64,000 bases of DNA from Bacteroidales bacterium. Lineage in GTDB: Bacteria; Bacteroidota; Bacteroidia; Bacteroidales; TTA-H9. Below are positions 1 through 9,149 of the stretch, one piece after another. Location of the stretch: positions 27,814 to 91,813 of the forward strand of contig JAUSOY010000007.1 of NCBI GenBank assembly GCA_030656615.1, read 5' to 3'. Position 1 is the first letter of the stretch, and every line of letters begins with the position of its first letter. The position numbers and the translations under genes are program-made. The notes beneath the pieces are model-generated. The model had not been told where the DNA came from, did no database searches, and worked only from the letters and a program-made list of their open reading frames with translations.

Positions 1-468
1 TGCTATATATTCAGCGTCATACTGTGGATGCTCACCATATACAAGAATCAGCCTTTTTTGACCATTATCCTCCAAAGCCTCTACTTCGTGGATAATCTCC
101 ATATCATCGAGCGTTTTTCGTACAGCCTCCTTGTTGGAAGCTCTGAAGCCGCAATACCTGCAATTATTAGTACACTTATTTCCAATGTATAAAGGTGCAA
201 ATAAAACAATGCGATTTCCATAAACTCTTTTTTTGAGTTCACGGGCACCATTTTTTATTTCTTCTATCAGTTCAGGATCAGTTGCATTGATTAAGGTAGC
301 CGTTTCGGCCAGACTGAGTCGTTGTTTTGAAAGGGATTTTGCAATAATATCGCGTACACCTTGTTTATCAGGTGCAGGCCGATTAAGATGTTCCCATATC
401 TCTGCCGCATCAATAAAGGGTTTCATTCGCTGATCCTTTATACGGCATACTTCGGGTGTGAATTTCAT
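1..468 (-). CDS. hydG: [FeFe]-hydrogenase H-cluster radical SAM maturase HydG, 5' part (runs off the window edge)
   Basis: Not in the ORF track. Manual translation from the ATG at 468 gives MKFTPEVCRIKDQRMKPFID...YGNRIVLFAPLYIGNKCTNNCRYCGF...GQKRLILVYGEHP. This has the CxxxCxxC radical SAM motif and the YGNRIVLFAPLY HydG/ThiH signature. Hydrogenase context favours HydG over ThiH. Confidence 0.88.
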   Translation of the reverse strand, partial: MKFTPEVCRIKDQRMKPFIDAAEIWEHLNRPAPDKQGVRDIIAKSLSKQRLSLAETATLINATDPELIEEIKNGARELKKRVYGNRIVLFAPLYIGNKCTNNCRYCGFRASNKEAVRKTLDDMEIIHEVEALEDNGQKRLILVYGEHPQYDAEYIA

Positions 469-487
469 GATTTAGTTTTTGAAAATA

Positions 488-495
488 CAAAGTTA
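488..495 (-). promoter_or_regulatory. Bacteroidota primary-sigma -7 promoter element for hydG
   Basis: Minus strand reads TAACTTTG, matching TAnnTTTG, about 20 nt upstream of the hydG ATG. Confidence 0.55.
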
Positions 496-537
496 CCCCT
501 AATTCAAGCAGTACGATACCTGAATTAGATGGATTCT

Positions 538-1179
538 TTAGATTCCTGCTTGTTTTTTTACGAAATAAGCCACTTTTTCGAGCGAAGTTACCATGTCATA
601 TTCCTGAAGGTAAACATGAGGGGAAACATTTAAAGGTTTAGGCGTAAAGTTGAGTATACCTTTAATACCAGCGATAACAAGTTTTTCGGCAACATCAGCG
701 GCTTGTTCAGCTGGTACAGTAATGATACCGATACTGATATTTTCGCGGGCAATTATTTCGCTGAGCTTATCAAAGTGATAACAATGCACCCCGGCATATA
801 CTTTATCAACCTTATCTGGATTGGCATCGAAGCCGGCAACAATGGAAAGTTTCGAACGTTTGCCATTGAAATACCCTATTAACGACCGGCCAAGGTTTCC
901 CACTCCTATCACACCCACACGTAAGCCTTCGTCAGTATCTAAAATTTTTCCAATAAGGTCGATAAGCTCTTTTACGTCGTATCCTTTACGCAATGTACCG
1001 GAGTATCCGATAAGCATGATGTCGCGCCTGACCTGTACGGGAGTTATATGATGCAATTGTGCGATCTCATGTGAAAAGATGTGTTGTTTGCCTTTAGCTA
1101 GACAAATTAACAGATTACGTCTGTACTGACTAAGACGTTCTACTGTTTTATCGGGTAATGTTTTTGAACTTATAACCAT
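538..1179 (-). CDS. rex: Redox-sensing (NADH/NAD+) transcriptional repressor Rex
   Basis: N-terminal wHTH (LPDKTVERLSQYRR...QVRRD...GY), Rossmann GVGNLG and C-terminal GILNFTP. The ATG at 1179 is preferred over the TTG at 1203. Confidence 0.93.
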   Translation of the reverse strand: MVISSKTLPDKTVERLSQYRRNLLICLAKGKQHIFSHEIAQLHHITPVQVRRDIMLIGYSGTLRKGYDVKELIDLIGKILDTDEGLRVGVIGVGNLGRSLIGYFNGKRSKLSIVAGFDANPDKVDKVYAGVHCYHFDKLSEIIARENISIGIITVPAEQAADVAEKLVIAGIKGILNFTPKPLNVSPHVYLQEYDMVTSLEKVAYFVKKQAGI

Positions 1180-1199
1180 TTTATAATCTGCTTGTGTTA

Positions 1200-2321
1200 T
1201 CAAATTAACGGAAAATCAACGGAAAACTCACTACCCACGTCAGAAATACTCCTGACACGGATATTTCCCTGATATGTTTCAATCAGTTTTTTTATGATCG
1301 AAAGCCCAAGTCCGCTGCCGGTAATATTCTTGGTCTTTTCATTTTTGATTCGAACAAAGTCATGAAATAGACGCGACATTTCTTCTTCTGTCATTCCAAT
1401 CCCTGAATCTTTCACACGAATATGAATTTTATCATCCGAGATATCGATGTTGCATTCTACACTGCCTCCATCCTGATTATATTTCACAGCATTGGAAATT
1501 AAATTGTTAAAGATAATCTCCATTTCGGTAGCATCGGCATCCATCATCACTTCTTTCGGAGAATTTAATGTAATCCGTATATCTTTTTGAATTGCCATTG
1601 GCTTTACTGTGTCCATTGCAGCCTGAGCCAACTCCTTAAGATTCAGGCGGGTAATGTTTTTTTCTTTCTGACCGGACTCAATTCGTGTCATATCCAACAA
1701 ATCGAGAATTAAACCACGCATCCCTTTAATTCTTTTCACACTTCTGTCGAGCACCTGCTCATAATCCTCAAGTGAATTTCCCAATTGCCTTTCCTGAATC
1801 ATTTTAAGATATCCTTCGATAGCATTCAAGGGAGCTTTCAATTCATGACTTAAAACCGATAGAAACTGAAACCGAATCTGTTTTCCGGCCTGATTCATTT
1901 GCTTGGTCATCCGAACAAGAAAAACGTGTTTTGTAATGCTTTCGATTGCAGAACGCAATTCCTGAGGGGTAAAAGGTTTGGGAATAAAATCATAGGCTCC
2001 GTCAGATGTGGCTTTAACGGCCAAGTCGAGGGAGGCATACGACGTAATCATCACCACCACGATATCGAGTTTTTTCTCTTTTATATACGATAAAACCTCC
2101 ACACCCTGAATACCAGGGAGTTTGTTATCGAGCAGAACAATATCAGGAATATTACTGTTGATAATATCCAGCGCATCTTCGCCGGTAGGAGCTTCCAGAA
2201 TTTCAAACTCAAAAGCTTCTTCCATAAAAGGATAATCTACCCGAAAATTTTGCAATATTCGTTGAATCCCTGCACGGATGTAGGGTTCATCGTCAACAAC
2301 CAGTATTTTAAGTTGTGCCAT
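1200..2321 (-). CDS. Hybrid REC + HisKA + HATPase histidine kinase (soluble)
   Basis: Receiver motifs LVVDDE, LLDNKLPG and FIPKPF, H-box SHELKAPL, N-box NLISNAVKY, and G boxes DSGIG and GSGLGL. Confidence 0.9.
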   Translation of the reverse strand: MAQLKILVVDDEPYIRAGIQRILQNFRVDYPFMEEAFEFEILEAPTGEDALDIINSNIPDIVLLDNKLPGIQGVEVLSYIKEKKLDIVVVMITSYASLDLAVKATSDGAYDFIPKPFTPQELRSAIESITKHVFLVRMTKQMNQAGKQIRFQFLSVLSHELKAPLNAIEGYLKMIQERQLGNSLEDYEQVLDRSVKRIKGMRGLILDLLDMTRIESGQKEKNITRLNLKELAQAAMDTVKPMAIQKDIRITLNSPKEVMMDADATEMEIIFNNLISNAVKYNQDGGSVECNIDISDDKIHIRVKDSGIGMTEEEMSRLFHDFVRIKNEKTKNITGSGLGLSIIKKLIETYQGNIRVRSISDVGSEFSVDFPLI

Positions 2322-2331
2322 TACTATTAGA

Positions 2332-2727
2332 TCAGATTTTTAATAATTTATTGATTTCGCGGTGGAGTTGATCGGGTCGCTGCCCTTTTTCCAGAAACAG
2401 ATCGGCCTTAATCCAACGCTTGTCAAATTCCTGATTCATATCGAAATTGATACCTGTTTCGGCCGTTACTGCCGTAGCGATAATGATTGGCACCTCCGGG
2501 TATTTTCTTTTCATACGATAACTCAGGATGAACCCACTATCTTCATTCTCCATCATTAAATCAAAAATCGCCAGGTCGGGTTGTATTTTATCAATGATTT
2601 TTTCGGCTTCTTTCTGACTATCGGCTGTAATAACTTTAAAACCGAAATTTTCGACAATAATTCTTAGTTGAAACAGATAATCAGGGTCATCATCAACGAT
2701 TAGAATGGTTTTTTTTATTGTTTCCAC
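2332..2727 (-). CDS. Single-domain response regulator (receiver only)
   Basis: ILIVDDD, phosphoacceptor in IFDLMM, ATAV and FLEKG. 131 aa with no output domain; GTG start. Confidence 0.88.
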   Translation of the reverse strand: METIKKTILIVDDDPDYLFQLRIIVENFGFKVITADSQKEAEKIIDKIQPDLAIFDLMMENEDSGFILSYRMKRKYPEVPIIIATAVTAETGINFDMNQEFDKRWIKADLFLEKGQRPDQLHREINKLLKI

Positions 2728-2751
2728 AGAATGAAAAATTAATAAGGTGTT

Positions 2752-4737
2752 TTATTGATGTTTTGGAAGGCTAATAGTGAAGGTTGTTCCGGTTGATCCT
2801 TCATCCGGATTGGCGTTAGAATGGACCGATATTTTTCCTTTATGCATTTTAACAATGCCATAAATAAGTGGAAGACCTAAACCAGTTCCTTTACCTACTT
2901 CCTTCGTGGTAAAAAATGGTGTAAATATTTTGTCCAGATTTTCTTTCAAAATTCCTGTACCAGTATCAGAAATAATAAAATTAATCTCTGATGGCGAATC
3001 TGTCAATTCAATAATAATTTCGCCCCCGATTTCCGGCATGGCTTCAATGGCATTTTTGACAAGATTGGTGAGTACCTGCATCATTTGGTCTGCATCAAGC
3101 GAAATGACCGGATGACTAAGGTGAGGATGAAACTGTATACTGATGTTTGAAGGCTTCACCACCGATTCAATACTACGTAGAGTAAGTTCTACAGCATCAA
3201 CATCCGAAAGGTTTACCTGATTTTTTCGGGCAAAATTTAACAAACCACCAACAATTTTACGACATCGTCCGGTCTGTTCTACAATAAGCTCCAAATCATG
3301 CCTTCGGGGATCATCTTCCGGGAATTCGTCAAACAATAAATTAGCATACATGGTGATAACACCAAGAGGATTATTCAATTCGTGAGCAATACCTGCAGAA
3401 AGCTGCCCCATATGAGCCAGCTTTTCACTTTGCATTAGCTGTTGCTTAGCAGAGGCAAGTTTATCATTTGTAATATTTAATTCATGCACCGAATGGTGAA
3501 GTTTTTCAATGGTATGCGGTAAACACATTTCTACCTCGGCAAATCCGTTAATTATAGCAACGGCATGCTCAAAACATGTATCGTAGCCACAAGAACCACA
3601 ATTCAAATGATCATGAGGATTATATTTACCCATTGTATGGAGAACCTTCTCGATATCATCAGGAAGAGGCTGTGGTAGCCTTCGATCCTCAGGAAAATAG
3701 TCTACTGAAAAATCGATATCGCTGTAAAAATCCATATCGGCTTGCCAGGCCTCATTATCAAGGCGGCCAAGTTTATTACGCACATATTTACCCACCTGCG
3801 TTCGACGGGCATATCGGGGTATGCCCTTAGACATACCAGGTCCCATTATACATCCTTTGCAGCATAGCAGCGACAGATGATGGTCAGAAACCACTCCACC
3901 TTCAAATTCACGTATCGCGTCTTTGAAACTTTGACTACCTTCTGCAATAATAATATTACGCTCAGAAATATCTTCACGTATCCCTGCGGTCTGTAATAAT
4001 CCCCTGCTAATCGAGAAAATTGATCCCTTGCCGGAATGAGGCGGATCGAAATCAGTAGGGATGGTATTGCCGGGCGATATTCCTTTTTCTTCAAGCAATT
4101 CTCGTAATTCTCTAAAAGTAATCGCCTCATCCACTTCCTGCGATTCTGCTTTTTTTGCGATACAAGGACCAATAAATACGACTTTTAGTTTATCGCCTTC
4201 CTTTTTTCTCAAAATACGGGTCATGGCAACCATTGGTGAAACAATCGGTGCCAAGCGGGGAGTTAAATTCGGATAGTAATGTTTTATATAATATACGATT
4301 GCCGGACAATCGGATGATATTTCACCCTCACTTTTTCCGGAATTTATAAGTTTACTGTATTCTTTGGCTATCATATCGGCACCAAAAGAAACCTCGGCAA
4401 CAATGCTAAAACCAAGTGCCCTCAACATACCCACCAATTGTTTATGATCTTCAAGTTCAATAAACTCGGCTGGAAAACTTGGTGCCACGATGGCAGCCAC
4501 TTTTTGTCCGGATTCAAGCAGTTCATTAACCTCGTATTTCGATTGTAAAAAGACTTTTGCATTCTGGCTACATACTTTCACACAATTTCCACATCCGATG
4601 CAACGCTGACTCACAACCTGCGCCTGACCATTGATAATCTGTATGGCTTTAACCGGACATTCGCGCACACAGGTATAACACACCCGACACCGGTCCTTGA
4701 TGGTAAATACGAGATCGCTTCTGAAAGATTTACTCAT
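2752..4737 (-). CDS. Sensory [FeFe]-hydrogenase-like domain fused to a histidine kinase (group C1-like)
   Basis: Two 4Fe-4S motifs (CRVCYTCVREC, CIGCGNCVKVC), H-domain motifs APSF, SSDCPA, GPCIAKKAE and CCKGCIMGPG, FeS motif CGSCGYDTC...MC, a coiled coil, then H-box AHELNNPL, NLVKNA, DTGTG, PFFTTK and GTGLGL. Confidence 0.9.
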   Translation of the reverse strand: MSKSFRSDLVFTIKDRCRVCYTCVRECPVKAIQIINGQAQVVSQRCIGCGNCVKVCSQNAKVFLQSKYEVNELLESGQKVAAIVAPSFPAEFIELEDHKQLVGMLRALGFSIVAEVSFGADMIAKEYSKLINSGKSEGEISSDCPAIVYYIKHYYPNLTPRLAPIVSPMVAMTRILRKKEGDKLKVVFIGPCIAKKAESQEVDEAITFRELRELLEEKGISPGNTIPTDFDPPHSGKGSIFSISRGLLQTAGIREDISERNIIIAEGSQSFKDAIREFEGGVVSDHHLSLLCCKGCIMGPGMSKGIPRYARRTQVGKYVRNKLGRLDNEAWQADMDFYSDIDFSVDYFPEDRRLPQPLPDDIEKVLHTMGKYNPHDHLNCGSCGYDTCFEHAVAIINGFAEVEMCLPHTIEKLHHSVHELNITNDKLASAKQQLMQSEKLAHMGQLSAGIAHELNNPLGVITMYANLLFDEFPEDDPRRHDLELIVEQTGRCRKIVGGLLNFARKNQVNLSDVDAVELTLRSIESVVKPSNISIQFHPHLSHPVISLDADQMMQVLTNLVKNAIEAMPEIGGEIIIELTDSPSEINFIISDTGTGILKENLDKIFTPFFTTKEVGKGTGLGLPLIYGIVKMHKGKISVHSNANPDEGSTGTTFTISLPKHQ

Positions 4738-4744
4738 ACAGTAA

Positions 4745-6469
4745 TTATAACAATATATTTCTTTTCGAATAAGAAGTTCTAAAATTCATTACAGGTGAAC
4801 CATCCACTTCCTGCTTTTTAAGTTTGTTCATTAGTTCAGTCAATCCTGGATTTTTATGACTAACCCTGATGGTTTCCTTGTCATCCATTTCGTATATAGC
4901 TTTGGCCCGTGCTTTTATGTCTTTTTCGGAAAGTCCTATCGGTTGTCCACCACCATAAATACATCCACCTTCACAAGCCATAACTTCAATAAACTGCAGA
5001 TCAGAGCGGCCATTGCGTATTTCATTAATCATTTTCCGGGCTTCCGCCAATCCACTTACTACGGCAAAACCAAGCTGGTACCGGCCCATTTTTATAAAAT
5101 ATTCTCTACGGGATGCCGAGGAACGCAATTCATTTATTTTAAGATTATCCATTTCATTCCCCGTAATCATAAAATTCAATGTGCGGATTACGGCCTCAGC
5201 CACTCCACCGGAAACAGCATATAAGCGAGCTGCAGAACTCCGAAGATTATAAGGAGCATCGGTTTGTTCCGGTTCGATATTCTGCATATCAATTCCATAA
5301 AGCTTTATCAAACTGGCCAGTTCACGGGTTGTTAGAACGGCGTCATTGTGGGTTATTCCCCTTAAAGTCATTTCTTCACGCTGAGCTTCGAATTTTTTTG
5401 CCGTGCATGGCATAATAGAAACCGTGAAAAGATTTTCGGGATGAATTTTCTGTTGACGGGCATATGATTCTTTGATAATCTGCCCCATAATCTGCTGAGG
5501 AGACTTTACCGTACTGATATGTGCCAGCATATCCGGATAAAACTCTTCAGCGAATTTTATCCAACCGGGACAACAACTCGAAAACATGGTTGATTTATTA
5601 CCCGATTTTATCGAATCAGAAAGCTGGGATGCTGTTTCGTAAATAGCAGCATCGGCAGCGAACGCCGTTTCGAAAACCTTTGCAAATCCTATTTTTCGTA
5701 ATGCAGCAATTAAAAGTCCGGAAATGTCTTTTCCACTTCTGAAACCAAATTCCTCAGCCAAAGACACCGAAACGGAAGGCGAAAAATGAACATTTACCTG
5801 TAGCGAAGGCTGATGCAAAGCATCCATAACCTTTTTAATATGCGTTTTTTCGTACAAGGCACCCGTAGGACAAACCATAATGCATTGGCCACAATCAACA
5901 CATGTTGATAAATTAAGTCCTTTATTGTATGCCGTTCCTATCACCATGCGATTACCACGTCGTATAAAATCAATGGCAGATACAGAAACCGTTTCATCAC
6001 AAACCCTAACACATCTCCCGCACAGGATACATTTGGCAGGATCACGCAAAATGCTTGGGCTGGCATGATCCTTTTTATGCATATTCTTTTTCCCCGAGAA
6101 ACGTTTTTCGCGAACATTCAAATCGATGGCTAAATCCTGCAATTCGCAGTTACCATTTCGCTCGCAATACAAACATTCATCGGGGTGATTGCTTAGAAGC
6201 AATTCCACTATCTGTTGCCTAGCTTTAATAACGCGCGGAGAATGCGTCTTTATCTTCATCCATTCTTCAACCGGATGCGAGCAGGACGGTATCAAATTAT
6301 TCTTCCCATCAACCTCTACAACACAAATACGACAGGCTCCGGTTGGTGAAAAACCATTCATGTGGCAAAGCGTAGGAACATTCAGTCCGTTACGATTTAG
6401 GCACTCCAGAACCGTTTCACCCTTCTTCGCTATGATTTGCTTATTGTTTACTTCAATATTAAACAGCAT
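4745..6469 (-). CDS. hydA: [FeFe]-hydrogenase HydA/HndD-like subunit (group A3 architecture, atypical active-site surroundings)
   Basis: N-terminal 2Fe-2S, His-ligated 4Fe-4S (HPDECLYCERNGNC) and two 4Fe-4S motifs. H-cluster motifs FSSCCPGW, MPCTAKKFE and EVMACEGGCIYGGGQP. Lies directly downstream of NuoE/NuoF-like genes. Confidence 0.88.
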   Translation of the reverse strand: MLFNIEVNNKQIIAKKGETVLECLNRNGLNVPTLCHMNGFSPTGACRICVVEVDGKNNLIPSCSHPVEEWMKIKTHSPRVIKARQQIVELLLSNHPDECLYCERNGNCELQDLAIDLNVREKRFSGKKNMHKKDHASPSILRDPAKCILCGRCVRVCDETVSVSAIDFIRRGNRMVIGTAYNKGLNLSTCVDCGQCIMVCPTGALYEKTHIKKVMDALHQPSLQVNVHFSPSVSVSLAEEFGFRSGKDISGLLIAALRKIGFAKVFETAFAADAAIYETASQLSDSIKSGNKSTMFSSCCPGWIKFAEEFYPDMLAHISTVKSPQQIMGQIIKESYARQQKIHPENLFTVSIMPCTAKKFEAQREEMTLRGITHNDAVLTTRELASLIKLYGIDMQNIEPEQTDAPYNLRSSAARLYAVSGGVAEAVIRTLNFMITGNEMDNLKINELRSSASRREYFIKMGRYQLGFAVVSGLAEARKMINEIRNGRSDLQFIEVMACEGGCIYGGGQPIGLSEKDIKARAKAIYEMDDKETIRVSHKNPGLTELMNKLKKQEVDGSPVMNFRTSYSKRNILL

Positions 6470-6498
6470 AATTTAATCGTTTTAAAGCGTTTAATGGC

Positions 6499-8442
6499 TT
6501 AGTGAACACTAATGGCATTAAATTTACAAGCTTCGTAACAAATACCACATCCAATGCACTTATCCTGAACGATAAAATGCGGATTACGCTGAACTCCAAT
6601 AATTGCTGATGTTGGACATTTGCGTGAGCAAATGGTACATCCCGTACATTTATCAGTATGTATATAGAAGGTTTTTAGACCTTTACACACATTTGCACGG
6701 CATTGACGGTCGAAAATGTGTTCTTCAAACTCATCCCGAAAATAACGCAGGGTACTGATAACCGGGTTTGGTGCAGTTTGTCCGAGGCCACAAAGGGAAG
6801 TATCTTGGATTACTTCAGCAAGTTCCTCAAGCATCATGACACCCTTGAATCTTTCAAGACTTTCATGTTTATCGTCGTCGGTCGGTTTTTTAGTTATCGA
6901 TTCCAAAATTTCAAGCATACGACGAGTCCCCTCACGACATGGGATGCATTTTCCGCAACTTTCGTTTTGCAAAAACTTCATAAAAAACTTAGATACGTCT
7001 ACCATACATGTGTTTTCATCCATCAGTACAAGACCGCCAGAACCCATCATGGCATGTTCGCGCTCCAGATTTTCATAATCAATGGGGATATCAAGGCATG
7101 AACTATCCAGACAAGCCCCTGAAGGTCCGCCAATCTGCATCGCTTTGAAATCCTTATAATCCTTTACTCCTCCTGCAATATCATAAATCAGGGTACGAAA
7201 AGTAGTTCCCATTTCCACCTCAATTAAACCCGTGGTCAATGATTTACCACTCAATGCAAAAACCTTCGTTCCCTTGCTGGTTTCTGTTCCCATATTTGTA
7301 AACCACCCGGGACCGTTCTGAACAATGGAAGGCACATTGGCCAGCGTTTCCACATTATTAACAATGGTTGGTTTACCAAAGAGACCTTTTACTGCAGGAT
7401 ATGGAGGTTTTGGTTCAGGAGTACCTCGTTTTCCTTCTATACTATTAATTAAAGCAGTTTCTTCTCCACATACAAAAGCACCCGCTCCAATTTTTATTTG
7501 TAAATAGAAATTAAAACCACTATCGAGGATATTATTTCCAATAAGCCCCATATCCCGGGCTTGCTGAATAGCATTTTCCAGGTTTTTAACAGCAAGCTTA
7601 TATTCCGAACGTATATATACAAAAGCCTGGGAAGCACCAATAGCATATGCAGCTATAGCCATTCCCTCGATGAGTTTATGTGGATCACCTTCAATAAGAG
7701 CTCTATCCATAAAAGCACCAGGATCGCTTTCGTCGGCATTACAAATCAGGTACTTCTGATCGCTTTGCGCGTTTAATGCAATATTCCATTTTTCCCCGGT
7801 AGGAAAACCGCCACCTCCACGACCCCGTAATCCGCTTAACTCTATCATTTGACATATATCAGCAGAAGTATAATTAAGAATGGCTTTTCCAAAAGCCTTA
7901 TAACCATCATATGCAATGTATTCTTCAATACTAAGAGGATCGATGATACCACAATTTTTCAGAACGATACGCTTTTGACGACTAAAAAAATCAATCTGTG
8001 AAATAAATGGTACGCCTTCCCAGGTGACCAGATTATCGGTCTTAAACTGGTAGAGAGAAGCTTCGTGTAATGTATTATTGAAGACGGCATCAAGAAGCCC
8101 AAAGACTTTCTCATGCGTAATGTTACTGAAAGCCAGACGATTTTTTCCCGGAAGCTGAATATCGATCAGTGGTTCAGCAGAGCACAGGCCAATGCATCCG
8201 ACTTCAATAACTTCTGCTTTTATTTTAAATTCATTGAGGTAATTTCTGACCGCTGCGGCCGATTTATGTGCTCCGGCAACAATACCACAAGTTCCGGCAC
8301 CGATGTATATAATTGGTTTCTCAACCCGCAACCTTCGCAGTTGAGATAACTTATCATCGATATAACGGGGATATTCGTTGGTTTCGTTCAAAACCACACT
8401 GCTAATAAGCGGATTTTTTATTTTTCGGGATTCGTGAGACAT
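6499..8442 (-). CDS. hydB: HydB/NuoF-like FMN- and NADH-binding diaphorase subunit
   Basis: Thioredoxin-like N-domain, GRGGGGFPTG, NADESDPGAFMDR, GAGAFVCGEETAL, GGPSG, SCGKCIPCREG, SLCGLG and two C-terminal 4Fe-4S motifs. Confidence 0.92.
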   Translation of the reverse strand: MSHESRKIKNPLISSVVLNETNEYPRYIDDKLSQLRRLRVEKPIIYIGAGTCGIVAGAHKSAAAVRNYLNEFKIKAEVIEVGCIGLCSAEPLIDIQLPGKNRLAFSNITHEKVFGLLDAVFNNTLHEASLYQFKTDNLVTWEGVPFISQIDFFSRQKRIVLKNCGIIDPLSIEEYIAYDGYKAFGKAILNYTSADICQMIELSGLRGRGGGGFPTGEKWNIALNAQSDQKYLICNADESDPGAFMDRALIEGDPHKLIEGMAIAAYAIGASQAFVYIRSEYKLAVKNLENAIQQARDMGLIGNNILDSGFNFYLQIKIGAGAFVCGEETALINSIEGKRGTPEPKPPYPAVKGLFGKPTIVNNVETLANVPSIVQNGPGWFTNMGTETSKGTKVFALSGKSLTTGLIEVEMGTTFRTLIYDIAGGVKDYKDFKAMQIGGPSGACLDSSCLDIPIDYENLEREHAMMGSGGLVLMDENTCMVDVSKFFMKFLQNESCGKCIPCREGTRRMLEILESITKKPTDDDKHESLERFKGVMMLEELAEVIQDTSLCGLGQTAPNPVISTLRYFRDEFEEHIFDRQCRANVCKGLKTFYIHTDKCTGCTICSRKCPTSAIIGVQRNPHFIVQDKCIGCGICYEACKFNAISVH

Positions 8443-8445
8443 GGC

Positions 8446-8907
8446 CTAATCCTCCTGATTTCGAAGTTGATCAATAATGGTCCGCATTTTCTCGGGATTT
8501 ACATTTCCGTGATAATCACCGCCGGTTTCTACCACGGGTGAAAGACTACAAGCTCCCATGCATTGAACTGTTTCCAAACTAAAACTCCCATCACGACTTG
8601 TTTCGCCGGCACTAATTTTCAATTCTTTCACAATCTCAGAAAGCACCTTTCCGGAACCCATCACATGACAAGCAGTGCCGTTGCATACGCGTACGTGGTT
8701 TTTTCCTTGTGGACTAAAACGGAACTGATCATAAAAAGTGGCAATGGAGTAAATACGGGATGTAGGAATCTGCAAATAAACAGCCACCTCATTTACTGCT
8801 TCCTGCGTCAGATAGCCCTGCTCACGCTGTATTTCCTGCAGTATTGATATCAGGGCATCCTTCCCTGCATTGAGAAATCGCTCAAATATTCTGCTGAATT
8901 TATCCAT
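8446..8907 (-). CDS. hydC: HydC/NuoE-like 2Fe-2S subunit
   Basis: LISILQEIQREQGYL, ATFYDQF, CNGTACHV and CMGAC. Confidence 0.92.
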   Translation of the reverse strand: MDKFSRIFERFLNAGKDALISILQEIQREQGYLTQEAVNEVAVYLQIPTSRIYSIATFYDQFRFSPQGKNHVRVCNGTACHVMGSGKVLSEIVKELKISAGETSRDGSFSLETVQCMGACSLSPVVETGGDYHGNVNPEKMRTIIDQLRNQED

Positions 8908-8969
8908 ATAATAATACTTAGTTTCGTGTTAATCATGAATTGGCAACTAAAATAAACTTTTTTTTAATA

Positions 8970-9004
8970 GTGTTAGAGAAATAACATTGTTATTTTATTA
9001 ACAA
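8970..9004. promoter_or_regulatory. Two adjacent Rex-type operator palindromes in the divergent promoter region
   Basis: GTGTTAGAGAAATAACAT (8970-8987) and TTGTTATTTTATTAACAA (8987-9004). The second is one mismatch from the clostridial-type Rex box TTGTTAANNNNTTAACAA, and rex is in the locus. Confidence 0.72.
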
Positions 9005-9149
9005 GTAACGATTTTTTGTATCTTTCAACTTTTCAAGCAGATGTACGTACTTTTATGCAAATATATTCAATATACTGCCTTTAATGTACTGATTTATACC
9101 ATAAGAATAAAGGCATTTGCTTATTTTTGACATCAAAATCGCAAGCGGG

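Noticed and set aside
1-468. thiH (thiamine biosynthesis)
   Set aside because: Same family as HydG, but the context is a hydrogenase operon and no thi genes are visible. The distinguishing C-terminus is outside the window.
6499-8907. Respiratory complex I nuoEF
   Set aside because: No other nuo genes are adjacent. The next gene has H-cluster motifs, and the NuoF-like protein has the extra ferredoxin domains of HydB.
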